64,000 bases of DNA from Octopus vulgaris (GCA_951406725.2 OX597821.1:7254001-7318000); one strand, 5' to 3'; counted from the stretch's first letter, positions 1 to 11,148 are shown. Notes: generated by a model not told the origin, from the letters alone. A program made the numbers and translations.

Positions 1-46
1 GATACGCCCTACTTCCTTTTTTTTTACTTTTGCCTATGGTCCATAG

Positions 47-208
47 GTGTTGGTGTGTTTACGACCCCGTAACTTAGTTCGATAGAATAAGTGACAAACT
101 TTAAAAAAAGGGGGAGAAAAGAAATACTGAGGGTCAATTTGTTCAACTAAAAATTCCTCAAAACGGTGCCCCAGCATGGCCACAGTCTAATGACTGAAAC
201 AAGTAATA
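47..208 (+). mobile_element. 3' part of family A SINE (tRNA head, CORE-like body, octopus OR/OK-type)
   Basis: Matches the 3' body of full copies elsewhere in the window: ggtgtgtttacg..cccgtaacttag..gatagaataagt..ggtgccccagcatggccacagtctaatgactgaaacaagtaa. Confidence 0.8.
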
Positions 209-585
209 ACATTCTTAGGACTTCTCCGTTCTCTTGCACTGCTAACAAATGCCGAAATAAGTATAGAATTTAGCACATCGTGATAATAAAAAAAAAAACT
301 GCCTGAAAACTGTCAACTCATTCAATGACCTACAAAATACTTCGATTAAATTTGAATATATATTTTTTTTTTTAAGAAGAGGTTCGAGCCCACAATGAAC
401 ACGGGCCGCGGTGCCCCTGTTCCCCACTATTATTGGGATTTCAAACCCCAAAACGGCCTGTTTATTCCTGTCCTTTTAGGATAGGGGTCCACAACCACCG
501 GGCTGCACAAAAAGAATAAATCTTAAAATATCATTTATATTTTACTGAATATCGTAATCAGCAAGAGTGTTTTATTTTGAAGTAT

Positions 586-735
586 TCTAATGGTTAAGGT
601 GTTGCACTCACGATAGGGAGGTCTTGGTTTCGATTCTTAGACCTGCTGTGCATCTGAATCGTGTTGAGCAAAACGATTCATTCCACGTTGCTACAGTCCA
701 CTAAGCTGTAAACGGGTAGCCTTGTGACAGAATGG
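586..735 (+). mobile_element. Family D tRNA-derived SINE head and body, diverged
   Basis: A-box-like tggttaag and B-box-like gtttcgattc, then tgttgagcaaaac..ccacgttgctacagtccact..gctgtaaa, shared with copies at 24900, 26830, 32960, 37210 and 40888. Confidence 0.6.
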
Positions 736-989
736 GGTACAAAGGTGAGATGGTGACAAGGGAAAATCAGCCGAACGGAAGGCTTGCGAGCCTCGTTTTG
801 TATTTAGCGAACGACAGCCCCTACTGTGAGTCCTGGTTGGTTGGGGTTGGTTGTTCAACCACGTTGAAGGTCAACAATAGCAACAGCAATTTTGAAAAAT
901 TACCATTTAGTGATCTCCCGGTACATGGAAAAATTGTCTTGCGTGAAACCCGTCGGAGGTGCAGAAAAGGGCCAGGTATCGCTGCTTTT

Positions 990-1343
990 TCTTGTATTCT
1001 TTTACTCGCTTCAGTCATTAGACTGCAACCTTGCTGGGGTACCGTACTAATGTGTTGTTTTTTAAAGCCTGCTAGTTATTCTATCGCTCTCTTATTGTCG
1101 AATCGCTGAGTCACGGGGCTGTAAACAAACCAATACCGGTTGTAAAGCGGTGGCGCAGGACAAACACAGAAACATACTTACACATATACACACCCACCCA
1201 CATAGCCACGCCATATATATATATATATATATGGCGTGGCTATGTGGTAAGGAGCTTGCCTCCCAATCACATGGTTCCGGGTTCAGTCCCACTGCATGGT
1301 GTCTTGTGAATGGATTTGATTGACGGAAACTGAAAGACGCCCG

Positions 1344-1390
<47 letters not shown>
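990..1390. mobile_element. Two family A SINE fragments back to back (3' part on minus 990-1215, 5' part on plus 1232-1390) ending in (GT)n
   Basis: Similar to full family A copies; (TA)n between them and (GT)n at 1345-1389. Confidence 0.7.
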
Positions 1391-1391
<1 letters not shown>

Positions 1392-1626
1392 CGTTGAATA
1401 GATAGAACACAACAAAGGGGAAAATTTGGTGAAAACCAAGCAAACGGTAAATTAGACAAAAACATAATAATACATAATATTTAAAGGAGATGGTTGTATA
1501 GATTATCTATTGTTCTTTTACGAAAACCTATGTAATGTGTTTATGCTAAAGAAGTCATTCTATCTGATATTGGCAAGAACACAGGAGGTGCATCGCCGAA
1601 GAAGAACAGCAGCAGCAGCAACAATA

Positions 1627-1994
1627 ATAAGAGCATTCAGAAAGCGCAAACCTCCGCCAAAACAGCACCAATGTCCTCTCAACGATTAGCCAGGGATGAG
1701 TTTTAAAATGAGAATATCTGAAATAAACGAGAATGCTAAAAATGAACCCAACTGCTCTCAAAAATTAGATTTAAAAAAAAAAAAAACAGGAAAAATAATC
1801 CAGAATCTTTTGTCCGGTACCGGATCGATCCCAAAATCTAATCAGTTCGTGCCAGTCACGAGGCGAAACATCTCTGAAAGCTTCATCCGAATCCATCCAG
1901 CGGTTCTTGAGATATCTTGTTCATGGACAAACAAACAAACAAACAAACACGACTGAAAACAATATCCCCGCCTTAGCAAAAGCGGAGGTAATAA
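1627..1994 (-). mobile_element. Helentron-associated non-autonomous element (HINE/DINE-like)
   Basis: Subterminal inverted repeats cctccgcc/gcggagg, 5' palindrome, (GTTT)n microsatellite, 3' hairpin gcgctttctgaatgc, T-rich flanks; related copies at 4165, 10490 and 48980. Confidence 0.7.
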
Positions 1995-2184
1995 TGTTCT
2001 CTTAATTGGCCACAAGGGCCAAACACAAAACAAATAGGAACAACAGAAAGGATATGGAGTTTGGCATAATGTCATGTATAAAATAAATAACAATAAAAAT
2101 TCCCCAAAATAGGTGAGGAGTTCCTCACAAAGACAACCGAGGAACCCCACACATCCTGTTTACCCCGACCGCCAAGGGCACCGC

Positions 2185-2405
2185 CTATAGGCAGCAATTT
2201 GGTAGAATAGTTATTGCGCCGGGCAAAATGCTTATCGAGATTTCGTCCGACTTACGCTCGGAGCTTAAATACCGCCGAGGTCAACTTTGACCTTTCATCC
2301 TTTCGGAGTCGATAAAATGAAGCACTAATTGAACACTGATCGATGCAATCGATTTACTCACTTCTTCGGAAATTGCTGGCCTTGTGCCAGAATTTGAAAC
2401 CGATA
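2185..2405 (+). mobile_element. Family B SINE (tRNA head with Nin/Deu-like core)
   Basis: ccgccgaggtcaacttt..cctttcatcctttcggagtcgataaaat core, as in the many other copies. Confidence 0.75.
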
Positions 2406-2599
2406 TTTAAAGATACTTTAATATATCTCTGTAAAATACAAATTACCTTTTATCGTTTACTTATTTCAGCCTTTGGACTGTGGCCATGCTGGGGCACCGC
2501 CTTAAAGGGTTTTAGTTAAACAAATCGATCCCAGTAATTATTATTTTTTAAAACCTGGTACTTGTTTTGTCGGTATCTATTGCTGAACCACTAAATTAC

Positions 2600-3009
2600 G
2601 GAGTTTTCGGTTTGAACGGCAGTTTTTAACATAATTTCTAGGTAACTAAAAAATTTTAGACTTCGTATACTGGTAGAATGTGTTTATAAAACATCTTTTT
2701 CTTTTGGCTTTATTGAGAAAATTCTATAGTTTGTAAGATATTTGTTGTTTTTTTCTTCAATTTCTGCAATTTCAACCAATCACTGACGTATTTGAGGTAA
2801 AAAAACATTCTGTGCCGTATGAATATGTCCCTCGTTTAAGAAACAGATTGGGTTTATTTACATTTGTGAAGAAAAAAATATACCCTTCCCCCCACCCCTA
2901 ACCCTAAAATAGATTGAAATGCAATAGATCGATACTAGGATCATAATTATGGGTGACAATTTCATATGACACCACTAGAAAAAACTGCCGTTCAAACCGA
3001 AAAGATCCC
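2600..3009. mobile_element. MITE with perfect 24-bp terminal inverted repeats and internal CCCTAA units
   Basis: ttttcggtttgaacggcagttttt (2604-2627) is the exact reverse complement of 2980-3003; ccctaaccctaa near 2896-2907; abuts a family A fragment (2452-2600, minus). Confidence 0.8.
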
Positions 3010-3293
3010 AAATCTCTCAAATCAAATCAATTTTGACATTAAACGATGTTCAAATATAATTCCTAAAACTGGCGGGAAAGTTCTGTTTGGACCGTTTTGA
3101 GCATAATCTGCAGGATCACCGTTGGTTTGGGGTTTAATAACGAGTTATCTGGTATGTTATTTAGACCTGGAAGATTGAAAACTAAAATCTTTAAAATGTA
3201 TGCAAGAAGCTTGCTTCCCAGCCTCATGGTTCCGGTTTCAGTCCCACTGCATGGCACCCCGGGCAAGTCTTCTTTTCGGCAAGTCTTCTTTTC

Positions 3294-3668
3294 GTACCCC
3301 CCAAAAAACATTTTTTATTTAATGTTTTTTTTTCTACACAAACCCCCGTTTTCGGCTATGGAGAATACGAATCTGCAAAAAAATTTTTTTAAATTGGCAT
3401 TTTGAAATTTTGAAATTATGCGGGAAAATACGGAGATTATGATCCTGAAAAAAATTTTCAAAACTTTTTCTGGTTAGGGTTTTAGGGTTAGGGTTACGGA
3501 AAAAGTGAAAAATTAAGAAATTGGTTAGGAAGGAGTAGGGGGGAGGCGAAAAAATTACAAAATTCCGATTTTTGGCAATTTTCCGGAATCTTCGTATCCG
3601 AAAAGGTGGGTTTTGCGGGGGGAAGAAAATTAAAAAACAATAATTTGCGAGAAAATGGAGCGGGGTAC
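3294..3668. mobile_element. Foldback-like MITE with GTACCCC termini and central TTAGGG units, nested in a family A SINE (3200-4000, plus)
   Basis: gtacccc at 3294 and ggggtac at 3662-3668; imperfect subterminal inverted arms ~3337-3375 and ~3578-3618; ttaggg x3 at ~3474-3495; the SINE resumes at agtcttctgctatagc. Confidence 0.65.
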
Positions 3669-3734
3669 AGTCTTCTGCTATAGCTTCGAGCAGACCAAGT
3701 GGATTTCGCAAACGGAAATTGAAAGAAACCCGTC

Positions 3735-3779
<45 letters not shown>

Positions 3780-4164
3780 CACACATACACGTGTGTTTGT
3801 GTGGGTGTTTGTCCCCGGTTACTGCTTGACAACCGGTGTTGGTGTGTTTACGTTCCCGTAACTTAGCGGTTCGTCAAAACATACTGATAAAATAAGTACC
3901 AGGCTTCACAAAAATAAGAACGGGGGTCGATTAAAACAAATTGTTTAAGGCGGTGCCCCAATGTGGTCGTAGACTAATGACTGAAATAAAAGAAAAACGA
4001 AAAAATCTGTTTATATCCTCAAATGCCATATTTCGTCTCTTCTTTCGTCCACCTGATGATTTCTCTTTTCTTTCTTTGAGGAAATTGTGTGTTTATCTGC
4101 TTCTTCTTGCGTTCTTATAACAGTAATCATTATCGCGAACTTTAGTCTTAAAGAAAATATTTAC

Positions 4165-4483
4165 AAGAACACTCAGAGAGCGCAAACATCCGCCAAGGCA
4201 ACACCAACAAATTTTAATCTCAACGATTAGCCGGCGATGATTTTTAAAATGAGAATATCTGAAATAAACCTGACTGCTCTCACAAACGAGAATACTAAAT
4301 ATGAACCCAGCTGCTCTCAAAAATTAGATTAAAAAAAAAAAAAAAAACAGGAAAAATAATCCAGAATCCTTGTCCCGTATCGGATCGGTCCCCAAATCTA
4401 ATCAGTTCGTGCCAGCCACGAAGCCAAACATTCCTGAAAGTTTCATCCGAATCCATCCAGTGGTTCTTGAGATATCTTGTCCT
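4165..4483 (-). mobile_element. HINE/Helentron-like non-autonomous element, 5'-truncated
   Basis: Close match to 1627-1920. Confidence 0.7.
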
Positions 4484-5014
4484 TGGAAAATGTGAGACTG
4501 CTGGTCAGGGCTGCTTGGCCGGGGCTGCCCTGGAGCTAAACAACAACATTTAAAAGTCAGCGACGGAGTCTCTGTCTGTCTGTTTGGAATGGAAGCGCTT
4601 CTATGCTCTAGGGATGAAATTATGAGTGCACTTGTTAGCACTTCTCGCTGCACATCTGTGCTGAGAAAAAGTAATGAATCTTTAATTAGACAGTTTGTAT
4701 TACATTACTTTTTTAATACCAAGGCTTAAAAGCGTTTTATTTTGTAGGGTATCCTGTACTTTACGGACTGAAAATTTTTCAAAAAATGTTCAAAATGGGT
4801 TCTTATTTAAAGTATTATAAGGCCATTAGTTTTGAAGGGAAGGGTTAATCGATACCATGGACCCCAGTACGGATACGTTAATCTATTGACTTTGGAGCGA
4901 TGGAAGGCAAAGTTGACTTCGTTGCGATTTTATCTTAGAATGTTAAGCCAGAACAATATTTACAGCATGCTAAGAGTACATGCTGTAATCTTCGATAAAA
5001 TTTAGTAAATTTAG

Positions 5015-5364
5015 TGTACATTTATTTACATTTGACGGATATTTGTCCTCATCTTATTTGTTGTTAACACAACGTTTCAGCTGATACACTCTCCAGCCTT
5101 CATCAGGTGTCTTGAGGAAATTTCGAACCTGGGTTCTCTTTCCTAAAGTATTTTTCGATATTATTATCATTATTATTATTATTATTATTACTATTATTAT
5201 TCAGGTCACTGCCTTGAATCGAACTCGGTATCTTGGGGTTAGTAGCCCGCGCTCTTAACCACTACGCCATATGCCTGAAACGTTAACAACAAACAAGATG
5301 AGGAGAAATATCCGTCAAATGTAAATAATGTACATAATTCCTCATCTCTTAAATATAGAACTGT
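5015..5364 (-). mobile_element. tRNA-headed SINE-like element with hammerhead-containing Penelope-like tail, plus an inverted copy of the tail
   Basis: Minus strand: tRNA-like head 5275-5202, (AAT)n, spacer, hammerhead 5111-5066, tail to 5015; plus-strand 5276-5334 is an inverted copy of 5015-5079. Confidence 0.75.
5066..5111 (-). ncRNA. Minimal type I hammerhead ribozyme motif (Penelope-type)
   Basis: Minus: GACAC-CUGAUGA-A-GGCUG-gagaguguau-CAGCU-GAAAC-GUU-GUGUU; helix I GACAC/GUGUU, helix II GGCUG/CAGCU, palindromic AACGUU in place of helix III. Confidence 0.75.
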
Positions 5365-5701
5365 GAAGTTGAGTGTAGTTTACATGTAGCCTCGACTGTC
5401 ATTGATTCACTCTGCAGGGATTCGGGATAACGCGTTCCGCTCAATTGTGAACCGTATCCGTGATCAACTGCTTACTTGCAAAAACGCCTTCCTTTCCACC
5501 TCTGATTATCGCGTGTGTTTACATAGCTGTGCTACGCGGCTGCGTATTTTTCTTTTTTTAGTTTTTATACAGATATACGTACTTGTACCCAATCAACGTG
5601 GGACTAGTGAACTGAATAAATTTTTTTTTAATACGAAGACGTTTGGTCCTAACAAACGACACAGACGAGTATGTGTGGAAAGGTTTCATTTATCAGTTTG
5701 T

Positions 5702-5953
5702 TTTTATAACCGAATCCCCGTGATAAACGAGGAAAGATTTTATAACCGAATCCCCGTGATAAACGAGGAAAGATTTTATAACCGAATCCCCGTGATAAAC
5801 GAGGAAAGATTTTATAACCGAATCCCCGTGATAAACGAGGAAAGATTTTATAACCGAATCCCCGTGATAAACGAGGAAAGATTTTATAACCGAATCCCCG
5901 TGATAAACGAGGAAAGATTTTATAACCGAATCCCCGTGATAAACGAGGAAAGA
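5702..5953. repeat. Perfect minisatellite, 7 x 36 bp (ttttataaccgaatccccgtgataaacgaggaaaga)
   Basis: Seven identical head-to-tail units with no spacers; gives FYNRIPVINEER x7 in ORF 5402-6019. Confidence 0.97.
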
Positions 5954-6797
5954 GGTACTTTCTATCGGTTAGAGATTAAAGTAGCGTTTATCATGCGGCA
6001 GGTGGGTGGGGTGCCATGAAGATTGAAAAGTAAGCGAATGACTTGCCGTGTTAAATGAAATTAAGATGGTACCTGCCCGGTACCATGGTGGTTTATTATT
6101 TTTTTTTCCATTAATAAATAAGGTGGGGAAAAAATTTCTACAATATTTGAGTCGGGGAATTATATTTGTCGATTTGAGAAACACTGCGTTGTAAATCGGG
6201 TTAGTCAAGGTCGGAGAGCTGTAGTTTTATTAGAAGTCCGTCGCCCACCCCCTCCATCGTCTCTATGTGTGTTTGATTGATTCATTTCCCAAAAGCTTGA
6301 CATCCGGTATTGGTTAATTTACATCATTGCAACTTAGCGGTTCGGCAAATGTGACAAGACCAGTAGAATAAGTACCAAACTTTAAAAAACGTACCGGAAA
6401 TAGATTTGTTCGGCTAAAACCCTTCCAGGTGGCGCCCCGGCATGGCCGCAGTCCAATGATTGAAACAAAAGGAAAAGATAATGTAGATAGCCGAGAAACC
6501 AAGAAACAGACGGAATGGTCGTGGCTGGAATGTCTTTTCTTTAATCATGTGTGATGTAGTCCTAGATACATTGTCTAAAATTAATATGGAATGGTCATGA
6601 ACTTCAATTTTTCTTTTTTTTTTTGCTGTGGGATATTCGCAAAAAATTTCTTGTGTGCCAATTAAATCTGTCTTTTGTAAAGTACGTGCACATCCATGCG
6701 AGTCTTTAATTGGAAACAAAATTCGATTTCCTCTTAAAGAAAATGTGTGCACATTTTTTTCGTTTATGCACTCGTCTATCAACCAATCTATCCATAA

Positions 6798-7150
6798 CTA
6801 GCACTATGACCCGTGCTAGTGCATGCATATACAGCTGCATGCGTGCGGACATACACGCGAGTACTGTCCAGTTCTCCGACCAATTACATACAGCTAGCTG
6901 GCATTCAATTGGCGTATCAAGTTTCAGGCATTTTGATTGGGTTTTGGATAGAAAATTCACAAAAAAGTCACTTCTATTGATTTTTTAATGGCTTTGCTGG
7001 GTGACTGGGGAAATGTAAAGATGTGCACGACCACCCTTGGACGGTTTTGAATGACCATTGAAAGTGCGAGCCCTCTAACTGAAAAATTGTGGATTTGTAT
7101 AAAGGACACACACAGACAGACAGACATTTTGCCGTTTATATATAGAGAGA
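6798..7150 (-). mobile_element. Non-autonomous Helitron
   Basis: Minus strand starts TCTCTCTATATATAAA followed by (GTCT)n, ends with a degenerate hairpin gcacgggt..CTAG, and sits between A and T. Confidence 0.7.
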
Positions 7151-7154
7151 TTGC

Positions 7155-7670
7155 CGCACACTTCCTGGGTAGATCGTGGAGTGGGACTTTGAGTTCCCAG
7201 GCGTCTACTGAAGCAACTGCCGTTACAAATTCTGGGTGGATTCCCAAGCATGACCAACTTAGACTATGGGTGTTATCTAACCATCTCATTCTTGGTCCCC
7301 TCATAGGTTTCCTGCTGAATGGCTCGTGTCAAAGAATCTGTCTTGCGATATTTCCCCCGCAACATTCTAATCAAAATGTCCGCAGTATCGTAACGACGAT
7401 CTCTCAATGCGAAGAAGTGGAGTCTCTCGACCAGGAGAGACTCCCTGATCTCAGAGCTACTTATGCATCCTGTCGAGTAACGTTACTCCAAAAATCTGTC
7501 GAAGGAACCCGATTTTGGCCGCTTGTATCCGCGATCGTACACTTTCCATCATTACTCATCATCCATAACCGTAGACGAAGACAGGTGCGCGAATCAAATA
7601 GAAGGTAGCGACTTTGGCGCTCGATGTACATAGAATTCTCTCCCTTCTTAAAAGTTGCTATCATTGCCGC
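7155..7670 (-). mobile_element. RTE-clade (Rex3/Expander-like) LINE, degenerate ORF2 C-terminus
   Basis: Frameshifted translation ..APVFVYG..VMMESVRSRIQAAKIGFLRQIFGVTLLDRM..SSEIRESL..KPMRGPRMRWLDNTHSLSWSCLGIHPE resembles the RTE RT C-terminal region. Confidence 0.85.
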
Positions 7671-8767
7671 TAGGTTTTAGTTTTCCTCAACTAAATGGCA
7701 AATTCCAATTAATACTTTTTTACGTACGGCATTTGGTTCGTCAGCTCTTGACGTATAAAAACTGAAGTCAGAGTTGGTGTTTTTTTTTTTTTTTATTGCA
7801 CTGTATTTGTATTTCGTCAATGTTTTCTTTGTGTAAAACTTTTTCTCTTTCTTTTTTTAAACTCCAAAATGTTAAAATTCCTGCAAATATCTAGTTGGAA
7901 CCCTACCGTGGTAATAGCTTCTATCCTTTCTACTTTTTATTATTTTTTTTTTTTAGGGACAACAACAATGAATAAATAAATAAAAAGTAGATTGTGGGGT
8001 GGGGGGTGGAAGGGATTTGAAAACATTTTCTCAAGTTTGACGTAAATCAGCAAAGGGAAGGGGAGGGTCATGCGATAAACAGTGAGTGGGAGTGAGAGGT
8101 GTAGGCGAGCTGGACAGTGAGAGAGGGGTAACGGGAGACGGAGAGATAAGAGTTGCGTGTGATGAAGAAAGATACACGTTTACGAAATGGTGGGGACGGT
8201 GGGAGCGGGCGGTGGTGGTGGTGGTAACAGGTGATGATATAAACAGAAGTAAAAGCGAGATAACGGGTGTATATATGTAAGAGAGAGAGAGGGAGGGAGT
8301 CTGGGGGTGAGTGTGTGTGTTTATATGTAAGCTATTCAGGTTGTTGGCCATCTCGATGAAATGTTGATTCTATTCTACGTTGGCTTTCTTATTTGTTATG
8401 ATTCAAAAAACACTTGTTTGCTAAATGCCTCTCGGCCAAACATCCATTCGCCTCCACCGGCTTCTTTTCTCATCGTCGAATTCAGAGCATAGCAGTGTGT
8501 GTGTGTGTGTGTGTGTGTTTATCTTTTATCTTGTTTCAGTAATTTGACTGCGGCCATGCTGGGGCACAACCTTGAAGGCTTTGCTCGGATAAATCGAACT
8601 CGGGGCTTACCTTTTTTTTTTTAAAAGCCTAGTACTTATACTATCGGTCTCTTTTCGCTGAAGCGCCAAGTTACTGGGGCGTAAACACACCAACACCGAT
8701 TGTGAAGTGGTGGTGGAGACAGCTCTCCATATATCTATCTATCTACACACACACACACATAGTTAAC

Positions 8768-8831
<64 letters not shown>

Positions 8832-8836
<5 letters not shown>

Positions 8837-9097
8837 GTTATCGCCATACTTATATGGCAGTCTTACAAATATAAGACTAAAGCTGTCGCTGATTAGCTCC
8901 AAGAGGCCACCGCCTCAAGCTAGCTATTTGACACACGAACCTGCGTCCATTATAAACCTTCGAACAGGGGAGGTCAGCCGCTTCATCCTGCCAGTCAGAC
9001 AGCTGCAGGCATGTTTCAGGGTATTTGCCCTTTATCAATGCAGCGTAGTCAGACCCAGCAGGTGTCGCTACTGACTGTCCCTGTTCGAAGAATCTAT
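8832..9097 (-). mobile_element. Penelope-like terminal-repeat or retrozyme-like element: long hairpin capped by a degenerate hammerhead
   Basis: Inverted arms cttcgaacaggg (8958) and ccctgttcgaag (9090); minus strand GCUGCA-uUGAUaA-AGGGC-aaau-ACCCU-GAAAC-AUGcC-UGCAGC. Confidence 0.55.
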
Positions 9098-9409
9098 TTA
9101 CCTAGTTTCAGTGGAATACATCCACTTGTTTTCAATAATAGAAATATTTAAATTGCTAAGTCTATATATATAATTATAACAATGAGGGTCTTTGCAACAA
9201 GTTGCTAGACCACATACCGAAAGTATTAGAAATAGCAGCCAGAGGACTGTTATTTCTTTTACTACAAAAATATCTCCCCACTGACAACAGTATTTGTAAC
9301 TCATTTTATGGTAAAAAGACGAAGTAAAATAAGGAAATCAACCAGTCCCACGGTCAATTATGGACGCACGTTTCTGGATTAGAATCGAAGATTCATTTCC
9401 TTTATCAAA

Positions 9410-9561
9410 AGGCTTCTTTCAGTTTCTATCTATCAAATCCACTCACAAGGCTTTGGTCGACCCGAGGTTATAGTAGAAGACACTTGCCCAAGGTGCCATG
9501 CAGTGCGACTGAACCTGGAACCATGTGGTTGGGAAGCAAGCTTCTTACCACACAGCCACGC

Positions 9562-9592
<31 letters not shown>

Positions 9593-9975
9593 AGATCTAC
9601 TTGCATATCTTATGTTTTACTCATTTCAGTCATTGAACTGCGGCCATACTGGAGCATCGTCTGGAAGGGTTTTCAGACAAATGAATTTAATCCCACTACC
9701 TTAGTTTTTAAAAGCATGTTACTTATTCTACCAGTGTCTTTTGCTGAACCGCTAAGTTACGGGAATGTAAACACATCAACACCTGTTGTCAAGCGGTGGT
9801 GGCCACGTGCACGTGCATATATATGCCTCGGGCTTCTTTCAGTTTCCATCTACCAAATCCTCCCACAAGCCTTTGGTTAGCCCAAAGCTATAATAGAAGA
9901 CACTTGCTTAATGCCACACAGTGGGACTGAACCCAGAGCCATGTGGTTGTGGCACGAATTTCTTATCACAGTCAC
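9410..9975 (-). mobile_element. Two family A SINEs (head 9410-9565; near-full copy 9612-9975)
   Basis: Reverse complement of the family A consensus. Confidence 0.8.
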
Positions 9976-10489
9976 TCCTTTCGGCTTTATAAACGACATT
10001 GACATGTTCATCTTGTATGCTTTTTTTTATATTTTGTATTTCTATATTCGTAATATGACTTTTATTCTGCTCGTTAAATACTTTTCCCCATCTTGTTCTC
10101 TTTCATCAATAAATTGCAGCAATAATATATTGGTGCAGATTCTTCAAATCTGTTAATTTTATTTAAAGAACAGTTACTGAAACAGACTGTTTGACCTAGT
10201 TCTTCCAGACGACTATTATGGGCGAAATTTCCGGCCATTACTTTAATGTGTCCAATCTATAGATGAATGAGATGAATAGGGCCAAAATGAGAAACAATTG
10301 GCCAAAATAGTATTGGTGCTTTAAAAATAGAAGGGATCTTACTTTCAAACGAAGCTCCTTTTAATTAAATTTCTATCTATGCACTTACAAATTTCTATCT
10401 TGTATGTGAATATTTTTAAAAAGGATTCTGAAATGATTTTCAGATTGTCTGTGTGCGTGCATAATGTACAGGTTTTGCTTATTTAGACA

Positions 10490-11148
10490 GAGATGATTTT
10501 TAAAATGAGAATATCTGAAATAAGCTCAACTGCTCTCACAAATGAGAATACTAAAATTGAACCCTGACTGCTCTAAAACATTTAGTAAAAGAAACAAGGA
10601 AAGTAGTCCTGAATCCTTGTCTGGTACTCTTTTACTCTCTTTTACTCTTTTACTTGTTTCAGTCATTTGACTGCGGCCATGCTGGAGCACCGCCTTTAGT
10701 CGAGCAAATCGACCCCTGGGCTTATTCTTTGTAAGCCCAGTACTTATTCTATTGGTCTCTTTTGCCGAACCGTTAGGTGACGGGGACGTAAACACACCAG
10801 CATCGGTTGTCAAGCAATGCTAGGGGGACAAACACAGACACACAAACACACACACATACATATATATACATATATACGACAGGCTTCTTTCAGTTTCCGT
10901 CTACCAAATCCGGATCGATACCAAAATCTAATCAGTTCATGCCAGTCACAAGGCCAAACATCCCTGAAAGTTGCATCCGAAAGGCACCCACTATACTCTG
11001 TAAAGTGGTTAGTGCTAGGAAAGGCATCCAACCCTAGAAACCATGTCAAACACACAAGTGGTGTCTGGTGTAGCTGGGGAGCTGACCAGCTCCTGTCAAA
11101 GCCGCCAACCCATGCCAGCATGGGAAACAAGATGTTTAATGATGATAT
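10490..11148. mobile_element. Nested cluster: HINE (10490-10626, 10910-10980) interrupted by family A SINE (10627-10909, minus), then RTE 3' UTR (10981-11148, plus)
   Basis: Each segment matches its family elsewhere in the window. Confidence 0.7.

Noticed and set aside
732-1109. 125-aa ORF as a host exon
   Set aside because: It begins and ends in SINE sequence and has no recognisable homology or convincing pair of splice sites.
5202-5275. Functional tRNA gene
   Set aside because: The acceptor stem does not pair and there is no oligo-T terminator. It continues into a repeat body, so it is a SINE head, as are the other tRNA-like heads in the window.
5702-5953. 36-bp repeats resembling a CRISPR array
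   Set aside because: Units are directly adjacent with no spacers, there are no cas genes, and the context is eukaryotic.
5402-6019. 205-aa ORF with FYNRIPVINEER repeats
   Set aside because: It starts at TTG, its length comes from the 36-bp array, and no domain is recognisable.
10526-10813. Recurrent ORF MTTDAGVFTSPS.. (also at 28286, 45528, 54074, 60684) as a gene family
   Set aside because: It is a chance reading frame of the family A SINE body.
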